Below, one piece after another: positions 54,384 through 63,681 of a DNA stretch of 64,000 nt; position 1 is the stretch's first letter, and every line of letters starts with the position of its first letter. The stretch is from Pseudomonadota bacterium (GTDB lineage Bacteria; Bdellovibrionota_G; JALEGL01; DATDPG01). The stretch spans positions 1 to 64,000 of the forward strand of contig JAZDDX010000024.1 in NCBI GenBank assembly GCA_043809315.1, given 5' to 3'. A program made the translations under genes and the position numbers. Under the pieces are notes generated by a model. That model was given only the letters and a program-made list of their open reading frames with translations, was not told the DNA's origin and made no database searches.

Positions 54384-57300
54384 TCACTGTGGAATCTCGA
54401 CGAGACCTCCTTCTAGATACAACGTTGTTTTGGTCGGGGTGGAGAGCTTGAGCCGCTGACTGTTCCCGTCATACGTGAACGTCGTGCCCAAGCCTGCGGG
54501 GCAGGCCTCGCCGGTCCCCAAGAGCGCCTTGCAGTGCTCCACCGGGTAGTTCTCGACGTCGTATCGGATCGTGGCGGGACTGTTCTTGGCGACGTCCCAG
54601 TGGGTTGTCATGTTTCCGTTCAAGTCGTAGCCGTAAGTCCCGCTCACTCCTGAAACCGTTTTCACCGCGTGAGGGATCGCCGAACCGGACGACGGATACG
54701 TCATCGTTCGGGTCAGGCTACCCACTTTCTTCTCGGTCAGGTTTCCGATCGAATCGTACTTGTAATACTCCGTGTTCGGATCGCCGGTGTTGCCGTTGTA
54801 AACCGCATCGGTCAGGCGGTGGAGCGAGTCGTACGTGAAGCGCCAGGGACCCCGGACGGTCAACATCCCCTCCTTGTTGCGGTTGGGACGGCCGTAGTCG
54901 AGGTTCTGCACCGAGCAGGTGTTCTTGGCCTCCGTCTTTTTCTGTGTGCAGATCTTGGTCAGCCATCCACGCGCGTTGTCGTACTCATACGTGGTCTTGT
55001 TGGGGTTCGGGCTCGCGTACACCTGTTCCTTGATCTGCCCGTCGGCATAGTAATCCGCCGACTCCATCGCCCCTGAGACGTAGTTCATGCGACCCAGAGG
55101 ATCGTAGCCGTAGCTGTAGTTGAACGGGATGTTTCCCAGATAGTAGTCCTTCAGCACCACCCGCCCGCTTTTATCGTACGCCTGGGAGAAGGCGTACCAG
55201 GTCAACCCCACTTTCCGATTCGTGGTCCGGAGTCTTCCCAGGGCGTCGTAGTTGTAAAGCTCCTCCCCATGCGGATCGACCATTTGAGTCAAGCGCCCGA
55301 GATTGAAATACCCCGATCGCTGCTGGTCGTAGGCCCATCGGCTTCCCGTGTACGAAGAGCTGTTCTTGTCAGGGAAAAGTTTCTTTTCAACCTTCCTTCC
55401 GATCGGGTCGTAGCCATATTCGACTTTCTGATTTTGATTGTCTTCCGCACGCGTTAGCTGTCCTCGGTTGTCGTATGTAAAGTTGGTTTCTCCCCGGTCG
55501 GGATCGAGCTCTCTCGTCAACAAGCCGCGCGAGTCGAACCAGGTCTCGGTGACGTTCTTTTCCGTCGGGTCGGTGATCTTCTTCAGATTTCCCAGCGAAT
55601 CGAACTCGTACTTCACGGGGAGAGCGGTCGTTCCCAGATTTTCCGTGTGCGTGACGATCTTTCCCCGCGCGTCGTAGATGTCGCTGGTTTCATGACTTTC
55701 CTCATCCCAGTACGTTGTCTTCAAAAACGCCAGGCTTGAAGAACTCTGGGGTTGGTACTCATAATCGGCCCGAACATTGGCGTTGTCGGGATAGAGGAGT
55801 TTGATCGGACGGTTCAGGGTGTCGTACAGAACGAAGCTGTAGACCGGAGACTCTCCGGACTCGTAAGGTCTCGACTTCGCTCGTGCGAGTCCCCGCGAGT
55901 CGTAGGCGGTCTGTGAAACGATAATCTTGCTGCCGGAAGCACTGCTCCCACTTTCGGTCCAATAATTTCTTCCAAAACCGTCCATGTATGCTTTGGTCCA
56001 AGTTCTGCCGTTGGTTTTTCCCGGGGCGGCTTGAGGAATCGGTCCGGTGGTTTTTGTGTGTTGAATCGCCGGGTTTCCGAAGTTTAGGTAAGAGGTCTGT
56101 TGGTACTCGCCGAACGGATCGGTCACCTTCGTTTCTCGGCAGAAACCGTCATAGTCGGTTTTGGTTTCTTGGCCGTTCGGATCTTTGACCGACGAGGGTG
56201 CTCCACAAAGATCCTTGTAGATCGTTGTCGCAACGATGTTTCCACGGTTCGTAGCCCCTTCCTTAGTGAAATTGGAAAGAGGGTTCGGTCGATATAGATC
56301 GCAATCTCCCGGATCCATCGCCGGCGTCAGCGACGACAGCAAGTTGTAGGCATTCTGAACGGAGCAGGTCAGGAAGAGATGGTACGTCTTGTCGTACGCA
56401 TGGAACGTCGGGAAGCCGAGTTCGTTCACCTCCTTGGTCAGGTTGCCGTAGACATCGTAGTCGAAGGATCTTGTCGTATCTTTGACAACAGACCAGGCGT
56501 CCCCGTTCCGTTCGTAGACATAAGTCTTCTGGCTTTTTATATTTCCGACTTTTCCGTCCCCTTCACCCTCCTGAAAATAGGCGTTTTCCGCCTTCGAAAT
56601 CGGTCCCACGAGAGTTGTCGTCCCCTTCATGACCTCTGTTTTGATGGCGCGATCCACGCGATAGGTAGTCGCGTTGTTCTTCGTCTCGTACGTATAGACT
56701 GTGGTTTGATCGTCCGCGGGATTGTCTAAGCTTTGGGACCAAAGACCGTAGTCCTTCTGGCGGAGGACGTTGCCGAAGTTTCCGGCGTTACTGCATACGT
56801 CGTAGATCGTCTCCGTCCGGGTCATGGTTAGTGGGTTGGAAGAGGCGCTTGCCTCCTTTCCGAAATACCATTGCCGGACATCGGACGGCACGAAAAGAGA
56901 CCAGTAAGGATCGCTGTAACGGACCGTGGTCCCGCCTCCACCGCCGCTCCCCCCTCCGCTGCCGGGAGCCGTAGCGCTCTGAATGAATCCACCCCCTCCG
57001 CCGGTGGTCCAGGTGTAGATCCCCCACAGCTCGCAATATCCGTACACGGTCTCTTGGAGGGGAGTCCCTCTCGGATATCCTTGCCAGTACGTGGTTGCGA
57101 TCGGCCGGCCGGCACTGTGGAAGCCCTGGTGGTATTCGGTCTCGACATATGTCGGGAGTTCTTCAGTACTTGCCAGTTCCTGTTGGGTCTGGGGAAGGCG
57201 AACGATCACTTTTTGGAAACCCAACGACTTCTTCCGAACAAAATCGTACTTTCCCCCTTCGTAGCTGTACTCGGTTACCGACGGATAATTACAGGCGCCT

Positions 57301-59897
57301 CCATACACACAGTTTCTCCCGTCAAAGACCGATACTGTCTGGACCGTCTGGACCACCGGTAACCCGACCTGATTCCCGGGCCACGCGGTGGACGGCGTGT
57401 ACGAAATCTCCGTTTTTCCCCCGAGCGGTGTTGTGATGAGATGAATTACGTCCTTGGAGGCGTTGGATTGGAGAAGATACGTCTTGGACTGGGTAGAGCT
57501 ATGCACAGCTCGCCCGACCAGATCGGTCGTGCCTCTCCCTAGGAAGTCTCCCGCGCTGATCCGTTTGTAGTTGCTCGAAAAACTGTCGCCAGAGAGGGTT
57601 TGAATCTCGTTGCTGCCGATCACGCGGACGATATGGATCCAGGGATCGCCCACATCGGTGTTGGGAGCTTGGAGAATCGCCTCCGCTTTTCCGTCGCCGT
57701 TGACATCTCCCACCTGAATCGCCCGCTCGTGCCAGTAGATGTCGTTTGAAGAAAGAAGATCGACACTCGGAAGATTATTATTGCTCCCTTCGAAGACACC
57801 CCCCCCTTGGTTGGTCAGGAGATAGTTCCCGGATGAGAGAGTACTGGGAGTTTTCTGAACCAAGAGATCCAGAAGACCGTCTCCATTGAAGTCGCCCGGA
57901 ATTAAGTTGTGGTATTTCGGATTGGAACTCCCGAGCGGGTTCTCCAACACCTTCGAGCCGATCCCGCGAACGCCGATCAAAATTAGGTAACTGTCCGAGG
58001 CGCTTAAATTGTCCCAATCGCTTTCCTCTTTCAAGAGGATGTCGGTAACCCCGTCCGCGTTAAAGTCACCGGGGATCCATGCATGGGTCCTCCACGCTCC
58101 GTTCAACGAGGATCCCAGCAGGCCCGATCCGCTACCCACCTGAAAAAGTTTGTCACGGAACGTGTTCGACGGTCCGTTCAGAGCGAGAAAAACCGTGCCC
58201 GACCCACTCAGTCGCCCGAAAGACCTGTTTCGCACCAGGAGGTCGGTCCGGCGGTCGCCGTTGAAATCCCCCGTCACAATCTCCCAATTGAAAGCGTCCC
58301 AGTTCTCCACGTTGTTCGTGCACCAGAACGACGTGTTTAGCGGCTGCTGATTACAAATCCAGGCATCCCCATAACTGAATTGATCTCCCAGGTTCCAAAT
58401 GCTTCGGCTCGCGTCCTCCGCAGGCAGGAAAATGGTGTTGTCGCCCGAGGAGAGGAGAAGCCAGGGGCGAAAATCGGGCCCTCCGTCACAGTTCGGAATT
58501 ACATTTGCACCATCTATTGTCGATCGTGCCGGTTGGAGAAGGATGTCGGTCCGGCGGTCGCCGTTGAAATCTCCCGTAAGAATCTGCCCCGTCACTCCCG
58601 CCATCCATTTGCACCTGTTCATTCTTCCATCTTTGCAGGTGGGACAGGGATGCTCCGTGATGTCTCTCAATGTGAATCCGCCGTCGGGGGTCCCAAGGGC
58701 CAGGTAGGTCTTATCGAAGATCGAACTCTTGAGCAGAAGATCACTCCGGCCGTCGCCGTTGAAATCCCCCGTCGCCACTTGGCGGTACTCTCCTGCCCAG
58801 GTTCCTGGGGAACCGCCCGTGACATCCGTTAGAGACATCGCGCCGGTCTGATCGTTCTCGTACCACTCGAACGTCGTTGGCGGGAGCGTCGATCCGTCCG
58901 ACCCAACCTGGGTCACGGTTTTTAAAAGGGAGCGGCCGCTGACTTTGCTCGGGTCGTAGGTAAGATTGTACGTGGAAGCCGTGATTCCGTTGATCTTCAC
59001 GGTAACAGTGGAGAGTCTCCCCGCAGTGGTTAAAACCTGTGTTGCGTCGGTGAAATAGACAGGATCGGGACGGCTTGGATAATCACTTGGATAATCAAAA
59101 GAGACTTTGATCTTTGCGGATGGGAGCGCAAGGGTGGGCTGGGATACCCACTCCAACGGGATTCCATCGTATCCGACCTTCTGCAGTCCTTCCGTACAGT
59201 CGGCCTGATATACAACAATCGCGCCGTTCGGATGCTCGACCCGCTCCAGTCCCCACCGGAACGTCTGGCCGTTCTTTGCTCTACAAATGCTGTCGTAAAC
59301 AGCTTTGGTCCCATCCTTCCGCCAGACGATCCAGGTTCCGTAATCCTCATTCTTTTCCACGCGCTGAAACGATTCGTTCAGCGGGGAGTAATGCTTTTCG
59401 GAATTTCCTCCGAACGCATCTACGTTCTTGCAGGTCGGGCTTTTTGCCAGCTGGTCTTTGCAGCGGGAGAGGACTTCACCATCCAGATAGTAGACATCCG
59501 TAGCGTCGTACTGTGGCAGCGTATGCCACGGCCCTTTCCGTTCGATCGTGCTGTAGCCCGACAAAGACCAGCCGACGCCGACCGGACCGTTTCCGCCGGC
59601 GGAGTTATACGAAAGCGCCAGGCTCGGTTGAATGCCGTAATACGAAGGGACGGAGATCGGAACCGAGTACGAAAACGTTCCGCTGGAACCCGAGACGTTC
59701 TGAGCCACTTCGGGGAGTTTGTTCGGCATGTCCTTTGGGAACGTGTCTGGATCAACCCCCGTGGTTCCTGTCGTTCCCGTCGTCCCTGCTGTCTGTGGTG
59801 GGGGAGGAGAAGTTTCGGTGTTCGCTGGCACGGTTGCGGCATTCGAAACCGCAAAAGAGAAAAGAACGGCGACGGCGCAGATCGCAAGGGAATTCAT
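54384..59897 (-). CDS. Secreted SpvB/FG-GAP/TcB-mid/YD-repeat shell protein lacking the Rhs core
   Basis: AGAAGGAG RBS and signal peptide; LALSYNSAGGNGPVGVGWSL; seven GDFNGD-type repeats; LGFQKV; many YD repeats; ends TTLYLEGGLVEIPQ*. Confidence 0.92.
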   Translation of the reverse strand: MNSLAICAVAVLFSFAVSNAATVPANTETSPPPPQTAGTTGTTGTTGVDPDTFPKDMPNKLPEVAQNVSGSSGTFSYSVPISVPSYYGIQPSLALSYNSAGGNGPVGVGWSLSGYSTIERKGPWHTLPQYDATDVYYLDGEVLSRCKDQLAKSPTCKNVDAFGGNSEKHYSPLNESFQRVEKNEDYGTWIVWRKDGTKAVYDSICRAKNGQTFRWGLERVEHPNGAIVVYQADCTEGLQKVGYDGIPLEWVSQPTLALPSAKIKVSFDYPSDYPSRPDPVYFTDATQVLTTAGRLSTVTVKINGITASTYNLTYDPSKVSGRSLLKTVTQVGSDGSTLPPTTFEWYENDQTGAMSLTDVTGGSPGTWAGEYRQVATGDFNGDGRSDLLLKSSIFDKTYLALGTPDGGFTLRDITEHPCPTCKDGRMNRCKWMAGVTGQILTGDFNGDRRTDILLQPARSTIDGANVIPNCDGGPDFRPWLLLSSGDNTIFLPAEDASRSIWNLGDQFSYGDAWICNQQPLNTSFWCTNNVENWDAFNWEIVTGDFNGDRRTDLLVRNRSFGRLSGSGTVFLALNGPSNTFRDKLFQVGSGSGLLGSSLNGAWRTHAWIPGDFNADGVTDILLKEESDWDNLSASDSYLILIGVRGIGSKVLENPLGSSNPKYHNLIPGDFNGDGLLDLLVQKTPSTLSSGNYLLTNQGGGVFEGSNNNLPSVDLLSSNDIYWHERAIQVGDVNGDGKAEAILQAPNTDVGDPWIHIVRVIGSNEIQTLSGDSFSSNYKRISAGDFLGRGTTDLVGRAVHSSTQSKTYLLQSNASKDVIHLITTPLGGKTEISYTPSTAWPGNQVGLPVVQTVQTVSVFDGRNCVYGGACNYPSVTEYSYEGGKYDFVRKKSLGFQKVIVRLPQTQQELASTEELPTYVETEYHQGFHSAGRPIATTYWQGYPRGTPLQETVYGYCELWGIYTWTTGGGGGFIQSATAPGSGGGSGGGGGTTVRYSDPYWSLFVPSDVRQWYFGKEASASSNPLTMTRTETIYDVCSNAGNFGNVLRQKDYGLWSQSLDNPADDQTTVYTYETKNNATTYRVDRAIKTEVMKGTTTLVGPISKAENAYFQEGEGDGKVGNIKSQKTYVYERNGDAWSVVKDTTRSFDYDVYGNLTKEVNELGFPTFHAYDKTYHLFLTCSVQNAYNLLSSLTPAMDPGDCDLYRPNPLSNFTKEGATNRGNIVATTIYKDLCGAPSSVKDPNGQETKTDYDGFCRETKVTDPFGEYQQTSYLNFGNPAIQHTKTTGPIPQAAPGKTNGRTWTKAYMDGFGRNYWTESGSSASGSKIIVSQTAYDSRGLARAKSRPYESGESPVYSFVLYDTLNRPIKLLYPDNANVRADYEYQPQSSSSLAFLKTTYWDEESHETSDIYDARGKIVTHTENLGTTALPVKYEFDSLGNLKKITDPTEKNVTETWFDSRGLLTRELDPDRGETNFTYDNRGQLTRAEDNQNQKVEYGYDPIGRKVEKKLFPDKNSSSYTGSRWAYDQQRSGYFNLGRLTQMVDPHGEELYNYDALGRLRTTNRKVGLTWYAFSQAYDKSGRVVLKDYYLGNIPFNYSYGYDPLGRMNYVSGAMESADYYADGQIKEQVYASPNPNKTTYEYDNARGWLTKICTQKKTEAKNTCSVQNLDYGRPNRNKEGMLTVRGPWRFTYDSLHRLTDAVYNGNTGDPNTEYYKYDSIGNLTEKKVGSLTRTMTYPSSGSAIPHAVKTVSGVSGTYGYDLNGNMTTHWDVAKNSPATIRYDVENYPVEHCKALLGTGEACPAGLGTTFTYDGNSQRLKLSTPTKTTLYLEGGLVEIPQ

Positions 59898-60033
59898 ACA
59901 GACTCCTTCTGTAGCTGGGAAAAATCTGAGACGTTCGAAACTTTCTTTCACGCAAGAGCTCGTTTCAGTTCGAACGGAGAAAGCGAACTGGATTATAGGA
60001 TGGTTCTGCTTCGACGCAAGGCGGAACTTGAGC

Positions 60034-60333
60034 CTAGATTTGGCTGCCGGTCGTCAGGCAGTTGACGGTGCAGCGATTCATGCAGGGGTCAAAGCGATTG
60101 TAATCATTGGCGCCCGCTGCACCCCCACAGGTATTGAAGCAAAGGGTGTCGCATCCCACCGCCGCCACGGGATCGGTAAGGAGGTTCTGGGGGAGAACTG
60201 CGGCCGGGGCGGATCCGCCCTCGAGAGAGTTGGGGGAAGGTGTGTTTATTTGGCTGCCACAGGCAAAGAGGCCAAGGGTCAAAGTTAGGGTCAACATCAG
60301 GAGCAGGATTTTTATGTTGGTTGCCTGTTTCAT
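60034..60333 (-). CDS. Small Cys-rich lipoprotein upstream of the Rhs shell gene
   Basis: LFAC lipobox; CxxxCxxxC...CxxxCxxxC. Confidence 0.7.
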   Translation of the reverse strand: MKQATNIKILLLMLTLTLTLGLFACGSQINTPSPNSLEGGSAPAAVLPQNLLTDPVAAVGCDTLCFNTCGGAAGANDYNRFDPCMNRCTVNCLTTGSQI

Positions 60334-60353
60334 CTGTTCTTCCTGATGATAAA

Positions 60354-60398
60354 AGCAGGAACCATGCCAAGTTAAAATTCATTAAAATCAAGCGGTTA
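60354..60398 (-). promoter_or_regulatory. Putative sigma54 promoter with an adjacent IHF site
   Basis: Minus strand TGGCAT-GGTTC-CTGCT (60354-60369); AATCAA-GCGG-TTA (60386-60398) fits WATCAANNNNTTR. Confidence 0.55.
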
Positions 60399-60610
60399 TG
60401 CGAGTTTCGAGCGAAAGCGACTGAACAAAAGTTTGCTCTTTATGAACTTCTTGCGCATCTCGGAATCTGTCCAGAATAAGCTGGTAGGCCAGCTCAGACG
60501 GTTCAAGAGCGACGGGAGTGTCCCATCTATTTGTCCGGAGAGTTAACGGTTGTCATATAAATGACCGATATCAAACGAAAAACTAAGTATCCATCCCGCT
60601 TGGGCGGGGT

Positions 60611-61396
60611 ATGGATCTTGCGACGCTACCTTTCGTGGTTCTTCGCGCGATCCGAGCACTTTTTGCCGTTTTCATCCTGGTGTTTTCATCTTCTGTCGGC
60701 GCCCAAGAAGTGCAGTACATGTTCGATTGTCACGTCTCTTTCCTGTCGCAATTCGCGGATCCGTTCACGACCGGTCGGCCGGTCTCCAACTACGTGCTCT
60801 ATCCCTCTCACTCGATTTGCATGACGTCGGGGAGGAGTTGGTGTCGCACGTTCGGGCGGTCCCAAATCACGGAGACCATTGCCGAGCATGAGGGTGTAAC
60901 GGTTCAAGTTTTGAAACAGGAGATGACTTGGGATGAGTATGCCCCGTTCATCTTCGTCGACTGCTATCCGGCCGCCGACCCGTCGAAGAAGTTAGTCGTT
61001 CCACCTCTCGGTGAGAAACCGTGGGAAGAGGTTCTTGAAAAACGGAGCAACGATCGTCAGACGCTCAAGCCACCGATCTTCGTTCCGCTTCCGTTTGGAC
61101 CGAACTACACGCCGGTTCTCGTTCCGGTCGATCGGAACAGCCCGACCGGTCGATTTCTTGTCGAATTGGAAGATGTGATGAACCGTGCTCCCAAGCCGGC
61201 TCTCGCACTGATCGCGTCGGCACTGATCGTCGGAGGGGTTGTTGCCGCCGTCGGGGTGGCCGGTGCGCCCGAAAGCGGGGGGACGTCGGTCGCCATCTCC
61301 GCCGCCTCCCTTGCAGCGACGGGCGCAGCAATTCTCGCGATCTGCGATATCTGGAAGATCCAGGTTCGCCATCGGGCTGCGTTCCAGCCTCTCTAG
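60611..61396 (+). CDS. Secreted hypothetical protein with a C-terminal Gly/Ala-rich hydrophobic hairpin
   Basis: Signal peptide; VGGVVAAVGVAGAPESGGTSVAISAASLAA. Confidence 0.65.
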   Translation: MDLATLPFVVLRAIRALFAVFILVFSSSVGAQEVQYMFDCHVSFLSQFADPFTTGRPVSNYVLYPSHSICMTSGRSWCRTFGRSQITETIAEHEGVTVQVLKQEMTWDEYAPFIFVDCYPAADPSKKLVVPPLGEKPWEEVLEKRSNDRQTLKPPIFVPLPFGPNYTPVLVPVDRNSPTGRFLVELEDVMNRAPKPALALIASALIVGGVVAAVGVAGAPESGGTSVAISAASLAATGAAILAICDIWKIQVRHRAAFQPL

Positions 61397-61433
61397 AATC
61401 GACGTTCGGATCACCCCGTGCTAGATCGAGGTC

Positions 61434-62009
61434 ATGCCGACCATTAAAGGAACCAAGACCGAGAAGAACCTACTCAAAGCGTTCGCCGGGGAATCGCAGG
61501 CGAGGAACCGCTACACCTATTTCGCAAGTGCCGCGCGGAAGGAGGGGTACGTCCAGATCGCCGACATCTTCGAGGAGACCGCCAACCAAGAGAAGGAGCA
61601 TGCCAAACGGTTCTTCAACTATCTCGAAGGGGGGATGACGGAGATCATGGCAACGTTCCCGGCGGGGAAGATCGGAAGCACCGCTGAAAATTTAAAGGCA
61701 GCTGCCGGCGGGGAGCACGAGGAATGGACGGAGCTTTACCCCGAGTTCGCGCGGATCGCGAAAGAAGAGGGGTTCCCGGGGGTGGCCAAGATGTTCGAGT
61801 TCATCTCGGTCGCTGAGAAGCAACACGAGAAACGGTACCTGGGGTTGCTCAAGAACGTCGAGAACGGGACGGTCTTCAAGCGCTCGACGAAGACCACGTG
61901 GCGTTGCCGGAATTGCGGCTACATCCACGAGGGTCCGGAGGCTCCGGGGGCCTGCCCGGCCTGCGCCCATCCGCAGGCGCATTTCGAGACGCTGGCCGAG
62001 AATTGGTGA
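61434..62009 (+). CDS. rbr: Rubrerythrin
   Basis: AFAGESQARNRY, EKEHA, EKQHE, WRCRNCG...CPACAHP. Confidence 0.96.
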   Translation: MPTIKGTKTEKNLLKAFAGESQARNRYTYFASAARKEGYVQIADIFEETANQEKEHAKRFFNYLEGGMTEIMATFPAGKIGSTAENLKAAAGGEHEEWTELYPEFARIAKEEGFPGVAKMFEFISVAEKQHEKRYLGLLKNVENGTVFKRSTKTTWRCRNCGYIHEGPEAPGACPACAHPQAHFETLAENW

Positions 62010-62410
62010 AGAAGCTCTCCAACGTCCGGCTCCCCCTCTGTTCCTCGAGTGTTGCGGCCGGTTTTCCCTCCCCGGCGGAGGATTACATCGAAGGGAAGCT
62101 CGATTTAAACGAGCACCTGATCAAACACCCGGCCGCCACCTTCTTCGTCAAGGTCGCAGGCGATTCGATGACCGGAGCGGGGATCTTCGACGGCGATCTT
62201 CTGGTGGTGGACCGTTCCCTGGAAGCCGAGAACGGAAGCGTCGTGCTCGCGGTCGTGGGGGGGGAGTTCACGGTCAAGCGGTTGAAGAAAGGGAAGGGAG
62301 GGATCCTCCTGCTGCCGGAAAACCCCAAGCACCGCCCGATCGAGGTGAGGGAAGGGATGGAGTTTTCCATCTGGGGGGTCGTGGTTCATGTCATCCACCG
62401 CCTCGCATAG
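62006..62410 (+). CDS. umuD: DNA polymerase V autoproteolytic subunit
   Basis: VAAGFPSPAEDY, GDSM, FTVKRL. GTG start overlaps the rbr TGA. Confidence 0.92.
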   Translation: MKKLSNVRLPLCSSSVAAGFPSPAEDYIEGKLDLNEHLIKHPAATFFVKVAGDSMTGAGIFDGDLLVVDRSLEAENGSVVLAVVGGEFTVKRLKKGKGGILLLPENPKHRPIEVREGMEFSIWGVVVHVIHRLA

Positions 62411-63665
62411 AACGGTTCTCGCCCTCGTCGATTGTAATTCGTTCTATTGCTCCTGCGAGAGACTCTTCGCGCCGCACCTGGAGAAAAAGCCCATCGTCGT
62501 TCTCTCGAACAACGACGGATGCGTCGTCTCACGCACCGAGGAGGCCAAAGAGCTCGGGATCCCGATGGGGGTTCCGTTCTTCGAGATCCGGGCGCTCGTG
62601 AAACGGCACGGCGTTCATGTCTTTTCCTCCAACTACTCCCTGTACGGTGAGATCTCTTCCCGGGTCATGAGAACGCTCTCGCAATTCACCCCGGAGATCG
62701 AGGTCTACTCGATCGACGAGGCGTTCCTCGACCTGACCGGGTTCCGGAACGTCGGTTCGTACGGCCACGAGATTCGCGAAACGGTTCGGAGACACGTGGG
62801 GATCCCGGTCTCGGTCGGGCTCGGTCCGACGAAGGTACTGGCGAAGGTCGCCAACAAGATTGCGAAGAAAAGGAAGGAACACGGCGGGGTTTTCGATTTG
62901 TGCGACGCCGCGAGCCGAGACGTGCTTCTCGGAACGGTTGCGGTCGGGGAGATCTGGGGGGTCGGTGCCCGAAGCCGGGAAAAGCTTACGAGGAACGGAA
63001 TCCGGACGGCGCGGGATCTGCGCGACGCCGATCCGCATATCGTCGGGAAACTCCTGACGGTCGTCGGCCGCCGGATCGCGAGCGAGCTTCGCGGGGAGAC
63101 CTGTCTCCCCCTGGAGACCGTCCGTAAGAACCGGAAAGAGATCTGCTGCGCCCGCGGGTTCGGACGACCGGTCCGTGAACTCGGGGAGTTGAAAGAGGCG
63201 ATGGCCAACTACGTCACGTCGGCAGCGGAACGGTTGCGGAAACAAGGATCCTCCTGCGAGCTGGTCACCGTCTTCCTCCAAACCGACCCGCACAAGGAGA
63301 CCGGCCGGTATTTCAATCAACGATCGACCGCCCTGTTGGCCGGCACTTCGGCCACCCACACCCTGATCACCGTGGCGGGGGACGCGTTGAAAAATATTTT
63401 CAAACCGGGGTTCGCGTACAAACGGACCGGCGTGATCCTCTCCGGCCTCGTTCCCGAGAAGAACGCCCAGTTGAGCCTTCTCAAGGAAGGGGAGGGGAAG
63501 AACCGTCCGGAGGTCATGAGGGTAGTCGATCGGCTGAACGAGCGGATGGGATCGCACACCGTCCGGTTCGGGACCTGCGGCGTCCGGCAGGAGTGGAAGA
63601 TGCTCTCCCGGATGAGATCCCCCTCCTACACGACCCGCTGGTCGGATCTGCCGGTCGCCGGTTAG
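62388..63665 (+). CDS. umuC: Y-family DNA polymerase V catalytic subunit
   Basis: LVDCNSFYCSCE, LSNNDGCV, YSIDEAF, SPSYTTRWSDL. Confidence 0.95.
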   Translation: MSSTASHRTVLALVDCNSFYCSCERLFAPHLEKKPIVVLSNNDGCVVSRTEEAKELGIPMGVPFFEIRALVKRHGVHVFSSNYSLYGEISSRVMRTLSQFTPEIEVYSIDEAFLDLTGFRNVGSYGHEIRETVRRHVGIPVSVGLGPTKVLAKVANKIAKKRKEHGGVFDLCDAASRDVLLGTVAVGEIWGVGARSREKLTRNGIRTARDLRDADPHIVGKLLTVVGRRIASELRGETCLPLETVRKNRKEICCARGFGRPVRELGELKEAMANYVTSAAERLRKQGSSCELVTVFLQTDPHKETGRYFNQRSTALLAGTSATHTLITVAGDALKNIFKPGFAYKRTGVILSGLVPEKNAQLSLLKEGEGKNRPEVMRVVDRLNERMGSHTVRFGTCGVRQEWKMLSRMRSPSYTTRWSDLPVAG

Positions 63666-63681
63666 GGGGAAAACGGACCGA

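Noticed and set aside
54384-54390. Simple nonsense or frameshift pseudogenisation of one Rhs gene
   Set aside because: A new RBS and a full signal peptide follow the stop, and the same arrangement starts all three cassettes.
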